Below are positions 21,647 to 30,899 of a DNA stretch of 37,525 nucleotides, in pieces (the first letter of the stretch is position 1; the number at the start of each line of letters is the position of its first letter). The DNA lies in contig JBNGIO010004662.1 in NCBI GenBank assembly GCA_049999805.1, positions 1-37,525 on the forward strand, given 5' to 3'. The stretch comes from Folioceros fuciformis (lineage: Eukaryota). The translations under genes were made by a program, and so were the position numbers. Below the pieces are notes generated by a model. The model searched no databases, had not been told where the DNA came from, and saw only the letters and a list, made by a program, of their open reading frames with translations.

Positions 21647-24102
21647 TTAATTTCTCCCATACGGATGATATCGTCCATTGCTATTACTGGTGCCATAGCC
21701 CCGACTGCTGCCATATCCACCACTGTAGCCCCCGCTGGAGCCGTAACCACCACCATATCCACTGCCACTGTAGCTCCCATAACCACCCATGTTTCCATAT
21801 CCTTCAGTGCCATCGTAACCACCCATCATGCCACTGGCGTAACCACCACTTAGACCCCCCCCATAGCCTAAGCTGCCTCCATATCCTCCACCAAGGGAAC
21901 CACTGCCGTAGCTTCCAACAATCCCACTGCCTCCATAGGCTCCTCCATATCCTCCACTTCCATAACCCCCGCCGTAACCGCCGCTGCCATAGCCACCACC
22001 GTAGCCACCTCCTCGTCCCCCGTAAGCTCCTCCGGACCTGTAGGAACCACTGCTGTACCCTCCACTGATGGCGCCGTAGCCCCCCTCAGCAGCATATCCA
22101 CCATAGCTGCCACTGCTGGGACCATAACCACCACCCCTGCTACCAGGTCCATAGCCAGGACTTTCTTGCATCGTCCGTTTGGGTTCGGCTTTCTTTATCT
22201 CAACCTAAATGACCAACGATTGAGATCAGGGACTCTAGGCCAAAGACCGTACACAATGTGGTATCTCAGCAGAGCGAACATTCTCAGCACGTGGAACGAA
22301 CAGCAGCAGTCAAAGAGAATTAATTACCTGCTTTCCACCCAGCTCATGCATCTTGCCATGCGCAAGAATCTCTTCTACCGTCTGCTCATTATCAAAGGTT
22401 ACAAATCCAAAACCTCTCGACCTGCCAGTGCTGTGATCCTGCATGATCTGATGCTCCACAACATTGCCGAACCGCGTGAAGTAACTTTTAAATTCATCTG
22501 CATACGAAATGCCCACACAACAAAATAATATGAGGGTCACAACACAAACATCATGACGGGAATCTTCCCACAAAAATGTAATACAAACAGTATCAAGAAG
22601 AAATTCACCATACGCCCATCGTGTTGCCCCCCATGCACATGGGGATACCTTGGGCAACACATAAGATTACAACATGTGCAACCACACAGCATGTCAAAAC
22701 TACAAGACAAAGAAAGGTGAAGTATGCAGAATAACGCAGTAATCACAGCATCTCCAAAGTAGAACCCCTGCGTTGCTCGTACACCTGAAGTGTGAGAAGG
22801 GAGCCTCACAAGAACTTTGGGCCATAGCATCTAAATCCATGGCTTGAGCAGAGGGTGAAGTTTTCACTATGGCGTGTTGGACCACTACCACCCCACTAAA
22901 GTAGTTCTAGAGTACCAAAGATCCAAAGAGAACTACGTCTAACATAGATCATAAGCATACCATCTGTAATAGAGGGTGGTATGCCACCAACAAATATCTT
23001 CTTAGTCTTCGGTCCTTTAGTTGCTGCCATATTTTCACGAGGAACTGACTTTTTGGCCTCCACCTGCAGCTAGCTCTAGTAAGATCACCTTTCACCACTA
23101 AAATCCCACACATCTCCCCAAACCGGGAGATGAAAGCACCACAAATAGACATATTATCAGTGAGTAGACCTAAACAGGAGAGGACCCAGACTGTGCAGAG
23201 GGCAGTAGGAGAGGTGGGTTTGTCACACCAATGGGGGTTCAGTGTCAATCTTTGGTCATGCTCACCGTTCTTCCATCTATTACGTGCTTGTCTTGCACGA
23301 CAGCATCACACACAGAAGGCTCGGCGAAGGTAACAAATCCAAACCCTCGCGGATGGCCTGTGTTACGGTCCTTCATGATAACAGCATCGGTGATCTCTCC
23401 ATACTTCTTGAAATGGCTGGTCAAATTGTCTGTAGCGTTACAATCACACACAGGGATTGTACAGGAAACAGATGAGACACGAAGGGCAATGGCGAAGGAG
23501 AAAGCAAGGTGGCAAATCAAGAGAAAGAAAGATCCTGACATTACCTGTTGTGGTGTCCCATGATAGACCTCCAATGAAGATCTTGCCACTAGCATACGAC
23601 GGGTAGTTGAAGTTAGTGACCGGAGCGGTTATCTAGCCATGGGAAGAGGATGAGCAGGAAGCATAGCATGGCATGGCATGGCATGGCATACCGCAAGCGA
23701 AGATACATGCCACGCACGACCTGCCATTCGACGCCACAAGCACAGAGACGCAGAGGGGAAGGTCTACAACTAGAACCTAGAGCTACAACTACGAGAGCTA
23801 CGACTAAAGCTAGAGCCAAGGAAGGCCAAACTGTCAACTAACCCTGAACTGGACGTCTTTCCTGCGGAGCCGTCTGGTGAATCCTTTGCTTCACTCTCTA
23901 CCTTATCCTCCTTGTCTGAACCTCCATTCTGCATACTGTCCTGCTCCTGATCCTGAGGACTCTGCGGCGGCTGCTGCTGCTGCTGGTCGGGGGAAGGCTG
24001 CTCCTGTGCAGGCTGCCCATGGTCAGCATCCGCGTCTAAATGCACGGCAGCCTCTGGCATGCCGGAATCTTGTTCAGTCATCTGCTGCTCGTCCATGGGC
24101 AT
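21647..24102 (-). CDS. hnRNP A/B-Musashi-like RNA-binding protein (2 RRM + Gly/Tyr/Ser-rich tail, PY-NLS), ~432 aa; exons 24102-23843, 23588-23545, 23429-23266, 23063-22961, 22497-22328, 22204-21647
   Basis: KIFIGGLSWDTT / MKDRNTGHPRGFGFVTF (RRM1); KKIFVGGIP / QDHSTGRSRGFGFVTF / VEIKKAEPK (RRM2); GYG-rich tail ending GRYHPYGRN. All five GT-AG introns are phase-consistent (1299 nt total). Confidence 0.92.
23661..23690. repeat. (GCATG)n pentanucleotide microsatellite in hnRNP intron 1
   Basis: gcatagcatggcatggcatggcatggcata. Confidence 0.8.
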
Positions 24103-24834
24103 GTCTACAGCAGCAGCCGCGCACCAGACACAACCTAGAGCTTAGACCAATCTCAAAGCAACAAGAACGGAGATGCTACCCTGCTAGACGCGCTGGGCCT
24201 ACCCTGTATGTGGACGCGTTGGCTGGTTTGAGTGGTCAGTTCGGAGCATGTGAGGCCCGCTGGCGTGCGTGATGCTTGTGGGATGAGCAGATTCCCTTGC
24301 CTTGCCTGCGTGGGGTGCGCTACCGAAAGGAGGGTGACTACCAAACAGTTCCTGTATGAAACCTGCGACCGCGGCGCCCGCCCCACCTCCCTCTCTACTC
24401 GCCTCGCCCTCGGCCTCTGCCCCTTCCTTTACCTCTACCGTCCTCTTCGTCGGAGCCAAGACCGCACAGGCAAGAAAATCAGACGCGCACCACGAGCCGC
24501 AGCCGAGCCGAAGGCAGGCCGGAAAGGGGATAGGATGGGCGACAAGGGGCAACACCAGCTTTGCCTTCCACCGCCGTCTTGCCTCGATCGGCACCCACTG
24601 CTTTCAGATGGGCAGTTATTGAGCTGCGAGTTTCTACTCGCTCTTGCGCTCCACTTCCACTTCCAATCCTTCTTACCTACGTCTCACATATATAGCCTGT
24701 GAAAACTAGTAACCTCGTTTATGTATAACCTCTTTGCCCTATAGCCTGTACGGTTATGAGTTACTATTCTTACGGCCATGAACCTGGCCTAGGCTTCTCC
24801 TTTTCGGTTTTTGGCCTTTGGTGTTTTTATTAAT

Positions 24835-25600
24835 TTTAAAAACATAATATTTTAGAAAAAAACCCTATCTTCCCTAAGAGATAAATCATGATTGGGACAC
24901 AGGGCTATCCAATTAAGCTTAATAATTATTAATAGTACTTTGGTATTTTTTATTTTAAAAACATAAGATTTTAGAAAAACCCTATCTTCCCTAAGAGATA
25001 AATCATGATTGGGACACATGGCTATTTGATTAAGCCTAATGATTATTAATAGCACCTAAAATATCAATATCATAGTCTAGAAAGAGAAGGAGAATGATTA
25101 TTAATAGTATCATGGTCTAGAAAGAGAAGGAGTATTGTTGGAAGAGAAAGGGTCTACATACCACTAGAGTTGATGATATGCTTCTTCTCGTACTAATGTC
25201 GTCATCTTATGTATGGCATTAGCCAATACTCTCATAGCACCTAAAATATCATGAGCACCTAAAATATCATGGTCTACAGAGGAAAGGAGTATTCCTGGAA
25301 GAGAAAGGGTCTACCTACCATTGGAGTTGTTGATGGTGCCTCTCTTACGAATGTCGTCATCTTATGGATGACATTAGCCGATACTCACATAACACTTAAA
25401 ATATCATATTCTAGAAAGAGAAGGAGCCTCTATAGCCAATACTCACATTAGAGCAATGTAAACCCTTTGCCGAGCAATGTAAACCATCTACAAAATGAAT
25501 GCATGCTATAGTACACGAATCTGCCGAGCAATGTAAACCCTCTCTGCTGAAAGAACGCTATAGTACACAAATCAGCAGAATGGCTCATTTTTCCTGTAAT
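24835..25600. repeat. AT-rich array of degenerate tandem repeats (two ~119-bp units, then CACCTAAAATATCAT/TCTAGAAAGAGAAGG and GAGCAATGTAAACC modules)
   Basis: AAAACCCTATCTTCCCTAAGAGATAAATCATGATTGGGACACA occurs at ~24859 and ~24975; CACCTAAAATATCA recurs at ~25053, 25238 and 25256; GAGCAATGTAAACC occurs three times in 25452-25540. Confidence 0.85.
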
Positions 25601-25675
25601 GAACTACCTTGGCGGTTGTAATGCTAGGTTCCTATGTAACCCATACCCGAAGGATTTCCAGCCACGTTGTACAAT

Positions 25676-26201
25676 AGACAATGAACATTAATGGTTTACA
25701 GCCAGGTTGAGCACTCTGGGTCGGAGGTTTTAGCCAGGTTTATTTTTAGGTACACTTGGATTTCTCCGACCCAGAGTACCCGCCATGTCGGTTGGCACTG
25801 TCTGAAATAACGGAACAGCGTTATATACAATCCGGATTGGATGTCATATAGGACTAGGAATCGCCCGTTTTTTTCCCATTTCCAAGACCGCTACAAGTTG
25901 CCCTCTTTACATGAATCGTTCTAGCGTTGAGGATAGCAAAAGACAATGAACATTAATGGTTTACGGCCGGGTTGAGCACTCCGGGTCGGAGGTTTTAGCC
26001 GGGTTTATTTTTAGGTACACTTGGATTTCTCCGACCCAGAGTACCCGCCATGTCGGTTGGCACCATCTGAAATAACGGAATGGCGTTATATACAATCCGG
26101 GTTGGATGTCATATGGGACCAGGAATCGCCCGTTTTTTTCCCATTTCCATGACCGCTGCAAGTTGCCCTCTTTACATGAATCATTCTAGTGTTGAGGACA
26201 G
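25676..26201. repeat. 265-bp tandem duplication inside the Harbinger left arm
   Basis: AGACAATGAACATTAATGGTTTAC begins at 25676 and 25941; the copies are near-identical with scattered, mostly transition, differences. Confidence 0.92.
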
Positions 26202-26304
26202 GGCATGCCTACATTGTACAGATGGACTCTTTTGTTCTGCTATCGACTTCAGCAAGACCTCCGGCTGGATTCAATGTGCCAAGCGTACCTGGTAGGTATC
26301 AAGT

Positions 26305-27489
26305 GTGAAGCATGCTACAAATTGTGAGGACATTGCTATCAGAAATGTGTATCAATCTCAACATTTGCCTTATGATGCAGCTCCAGGTTTGAGCATGAGC
26401 GAGGGAGGAGGTCCTTTGCTCCTCCAAACCCACACTGGGGATAATGTAGCAAACCACTTACAAGGTTCTGGCTATTCCGCAGCTTGGACGCCACAATTTC
26501 ATATTGAGCTGGAAAGCCAAGGTCTTCAGAACCCATCTGTGAATCCCAACCATGCCGAGGGCAAGAAAAGGTCTAGGGTTCAAGCTTCAAATCAAGGTGA
26601 TTCATCACTCATTGATGAAGATAACATAGGGAAAAGGTGGGACGAATATGAATTGCTCATATTGGTTTCTATACGGAAGGAGGATGTTATGAAGCACAGA
26701 GACGACGATATGAAAGAAAAGATGACTCCTACCAACACAAGATGGGCTGTAATTTCAACTTCATGTGCAAGCCATAAAGTTTACAGGACAGCGAAGCAAT
26801 GTCGTGATCGCTGGGAAGCTCTCATGATGGACTTCAATGAAGTCCAAGATTGGGAGCGACCTAGTCACAATTCAGGACAGAGCAGCTATTGGAATATGGA
26901 GAAGGTTGAGAGAATTTCTCAAAAGCTGCCCAAAGCCTTCCTCCAGACCGTGTATGAAGCCATGTATGTGTTCTGCTGCAACAAGGCAGTCAATGCCAAT
27001 GGGACTCTTGATAGCACTAAACTAAACCATGGTACTGGGAGCTCGGGTAATATCAAACAAGAGGATTATGTGTGTTGCCCTAAGCTAGACCCCCAAGTAT
27101 AGGCAGAACTATTTGGAGATGACGGGGAGCAAGAACATGCCTCAACCTGGAAAGGTAATGAGAGGAAAACATCAAAGGACTCCACCATCACTGGATTGGT
27201 GCCCATGATGAAGGAGAATCATGCTGCAAAACTCGAAGCCATGAGGGAAGCTAAGGAGCATCGGAAACAATGGCATAAGGAACTCGTAGACTTAGAGCGT
27301 GACAAGATAGCATCCATTGCAGCAATGCAGCAAAGGAAACTTGAGGTGTATGAGTGTACCGAGGAGAAAAGATTGCAAGCTTACTCTAAATTTGGGCGTG
27401 GAGTGGTCCAGGCAATGACGGACATATCTCTTGGGATCCGAAGTCTTAGTTCGGCTATCGTAGAGGCAGCCCATATCAAGAAAGGGTAA
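26305..27489 (+). pseudogene. Harbinger ORF1, Myb/SANT-like (trihelix) DNA-binding protein with a premature TAG
   Basis: KRWDEYELLILV...RWAVISTSC...RTAKQCRDRWEALMMDFNEVQDWE...YWNM. ORFs 26305-27102 and 27196-27489 share a frame, separated by one TAG at 27100-27102; C-terminal coiled coil. Confidence 0.85.
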
Positions 27490-27548
27490 GTAGAACTTAC
27501 ACAACATTTATTTCTCAACATCAAAGGGTTGAACTTATGGTTTCTAGT

Positions 27549-28927
27549 TCATGAGTTCATCTTATTGCTCCATAACATGTGCATCAAGATGTCTCTTGAC
27601 TTGTGACCTTCGGCACTATCGGGGCCAATTGCTATGAAGTTTCGATGCATGCCATCTTCTTCGTCGTCCTCCTTGCCTACCAATAGTCTTAGATCTATCT
27701 CATCACCACGATCTATCCGAATGTTGTGCAGTAACACACATGCATAAGTCAACGCATTGAAGTAGTTGATGTTGTCTCGCCACACTTTCCTACCTCGTAT
27801 CCGCCAAACCTTTTTCAGTGCTTCGAAAGCCTCCTCAACGACCATACAAGAAGAGGATAGCTTGAAGTTAAAAGACTCTTTGTCTGCCATCAAACCTCGA
27901 CCAGGAAAGGGGATGATCAACCATGGAAGCAAAGGGTAGCCAGCATCTCCGATGATATACTCTCGCACTTCCTTGTTATCCACGAGCATGCATGGTCCAT
28001 TCAGCCGTGCACCTGCATTGACTTGGTGATAGAAGTCTGAGTTGTATAGAATTCTTGTATCATTTGCAGCTCCTGGCCTGCCTGTTACTACATCTAAGAA
28101 CATCTTATTAGGGCCTACAATACCCTGCATTGTGACTGTGAAATCTTTGTATCTTCCTCGATACTCCCATTGGTTTTCTCCTACAGGTAGTTCTAGCCGA
28201 AAATGGGTCACATCGATGGCACCACAACAGTTCATGAAGCCATGTTGTTCAAAGAATCCTGCCTTCACTTTCTTCAATTGACCTGCTGATGGCCAAGCAA
28301 GGTGATGCCTAGCCTTCTATATGATTGCTTTGACAAAACGGTGAGTAATTGTGCAGGCAGTTGACTGTCCCCCGCCGAAGCTTTCACCTAAAAAGACAAG
28401 CTATCACCTGTGGCTAGTCCCTTTAAGGCAATGGCAACCTGTTTCTGCACAGAGATAATCCTCCCGGGGATGTTCACAAATCTAGGAACTGGAGTCGGGT
28501 CAAGAACATCATGAACTAGATTGCATATGTACGTAAAGGTTGCCTATGGGAATTGATAGAAACGGGCAAACCTTTTTGAATTCTCTTGTGCCACTTGAAG
28601 GTATAAAGTCCACATGTCCTGTACGCGGGGTTTCACATAGTACGTTGATAATTGAATGCCTGTTAGAAATCCCCTTGGTAATTGTCTTGTATGGGCTGCA
28701 ATTGCAAGAGCAGTCTCCAATTGTTGACATGACAGAATAGTGTTATCAAGAGCATCATCTAGAAGTCTCTAGTTATCCATGCTCACAAATCTTAAAGATA
28801 GCCCGCAATCGGTGATGGCAGCATCATTACTCCCCTCAAAGTAATTCAATAAATAAAACAAGTCTCGAACTACACTTAGTGTAGCAAGGGCTACGCCATA
28901 GACGACCATTTGCTCCACATTGGCCAT
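27549..28927 (-). pseudogene. Harbinger DDE transposase (HARBI1/DDE_Tnp_4); catalytic half open, N-terminal half disrupted
   Basis: CCGAIDVTH, PGAANDTRIL, YIIGDAGYPLLPWLIIPF, FNFKLSS..VVEEAF in ORF 27549-28277. Upstream KQVAIALKGLATGD and HHLAWPS motifs are broken by stops and frameshifts; candidate ATG at 28927. Confidence 0.88.
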
Positions 28928-29319
28928 AGATTGTCAATCCTTGAGCTTCAACCTAAAACGTAGCTGCTTGCTTCAACCTAAACGTAGCTGTTTGTTGAGC
29001 ATGAAACTTGCTGAGCTTTGTCAAAGTCCATAGGGACACTTGAGTTTGATCGTGAACAGCCCAAGGCCAGCCCGTTGTACTGAACTGGTGATGACCCGTT
29101 TCAGGCACTTGGCAACTGTCGGTCATGAGTTCCAGCATGGGATCATTCACATGTAACCGGGGAAAAAATCCCCAGAAAAAACGCTCAGGGTCTGGGCTAC
29201 ATAGGAACCTAGCATAACGCAATTGTAGGCCAACGGGTTGTGGGCTGGCTATAGGCCCATGATTGTTTTAGTTTTTTTTGTCGCATCATGTTGCCAGGCG
29301 CTTGGTTACCCCTCTCTCA

Positions 29320-29402
29320 CTTTACAAATCTTAGTGAAGTATTGTTGCTTTACAAATCTTAGTGAAGTATTGTTGCTTTACAAATCTTAGTGAAGTATTG
29401 TT
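29320..29402. repeat. 28-bp minisatellite x3
   Basis: CTTTACAAATCTTAGTGAAGTATTGTTG at 29320, 29348 and 29376. Confidence 0.93.
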
Positions 29403-30459
29403 ATGTCCTTTTCTTGCCTCACATTGAAAAAAAAAACCTTTTATGCAAAGTTTTGCTCTCACATTTCGTGTGGATTATACCTCTAACATCATACACAAAT
29501 TGCGCCTCTCCCCACAAATTGGGCCTCTCTCCCTCATTTAAGAAGGCCCGAGTGAACCCAATAAAATTGTGAGGATTCAAACCTTGTTAAGTTACGAAAG
29601 TAAGTGGGTTTATGTTTTGGTTCTAAAATTTTTCTTCTATTTCAATTTTGGACTCCCATGAGAAAGACGAATTGCAAGTAGTGGAGTGGACCATCTAGAT
29701 CAATTGATATGGCCCCATCAGACTTTTCGCAACTAATTGATGCATAAGAACGCAACGAGGACGATAGTGGCCCACGAAATTAACTTGCATGACTCACGAC
29801 CGGACTACCCCTCTATAATGGGTTGATAAGGGGCAACACTAGGAGTGTAACCGTCGCCGGGGAGTTGGGGCATAGGCGGCTAGAGCAAAGTAATATTTTC
29901 TCTACTACGGAACGGCTAGTAGGAGTGGGATAGATGCTGTCAGTTTAATTTACACCCCTCAAACCGCGCTTACTCCCCATCTCCTCCTCATTTCTACCAT
30001 GGCTTCTTTGCGCTCTTGCTCCTCGCTCACCGCGCCTTCCTCCTCCCTTGCCTTGACGTTCTAGATCTTTCTCTTTCACTCCCGCACCAACCTTGCAGTA
30101 GCCATAGTGCCACTCTCTTCTCTTCCCTTCCTTGGAACCATCCCCTTCCCCCTTTGTTTTCTAGCTCTCGTTTTGTACATAGCAACAACACCTAGGTAGT
30201 TCGTGGAAGCAAGCGACCTGTGAAGGATGAACGAAGACAACATCTAAACACGAGCATATCCTAACTTTTCGCCATCGCCAAGCATATGGAGCAATGGGAC
30301 TTGGGGATTTTCCAAGCCTTGTGGGGCATCCAATTCACAACTACGGTGCGAGAATTCACACGCAACCTCTTGATGCGTGTGGAGGGGAAACAAATGTCCA
30401 AGCATCTCCAAATGAACACCCCATGCTGTAGATGGTCCAAATGATATGTGAAGTCTACA

Positions 30460-30630
30460 AGGTTGATGTGGTTGCGGAGAGGACCAACCTCATGTTTTGG
30501 GGGTGGCTAATGTGGGTGCTAAGGGGACCAGCTGTATATTTTGGTGGTTGATGTGGTTGCTAGGGGAACCAACTAAATGTTTCGATGGCTGATGTGGGTG
30601 CTAGGGAACCAATTGCATATTTCGGTGGTT
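30460..30630. repeat. Degenerate ~43-bp tandem repeat x4
   Basis: GG(T/C)TGATGTGG(T/G)TGCTAGGG.ACCAA-like units. Confidence 0.7.
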
Positions 30631-30899
30631 CATGAATTTGTATGGATTCCATATGGGACTCCGTGTGTGAACACGTCATACTTAACCCCCCAAGTTGGGC
30701 AAGGAAGGGGTGTGCATTGGCCAAAATCCACAAATACACCCCCATGCAAGCTAGGTGTGGAACCGCGAATTGTGGGGTATAGTTTGGGCCGCTACCTCAC
30801 CTATACCAATTTGGCCCACCAAAGATCTTCCCTTTCCATTTCCCTTTCTTTTTCATTCCTTTTCTACTTTTTCTCCCTCTTCTTTTGGCAAAGGTTGTT

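Larger units (their letters stand above)
25622..29214. mobile_element. PIF/Harbinger DNA transposon, full length (3593 bp), decayed
   Basis: 27-bp TIRs with 2 mismatches (TGCTAGGTTCCTATGTAACCCATACCC 25622-25648; reverse complement at 29188-29214); TAA target-site duplication at 25619-25621 and 29215-29217; contains Myb/SANT and DDE transposase ORFs. Confidence 0.93.

Noticed and set aside
24153-24702. Overlapping 77-156 aa ORFs upstream of the hnRNP gene
   Set aside because: GC-rich promoter/5' UTR sequence gives stop-poor frames on both strands; no family signature.
29320-29402. CRISPR-like 28-bp repeats
   Set aside because: The units are contiguous with no spacers, in a eukaryotic context; it is a minisatellite.
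29600-30450. Possible LTR or 5' part of the LINE
   Set aside because: No second copy, PBS/PPT or recognisable ORF found in the window; left unclassified.
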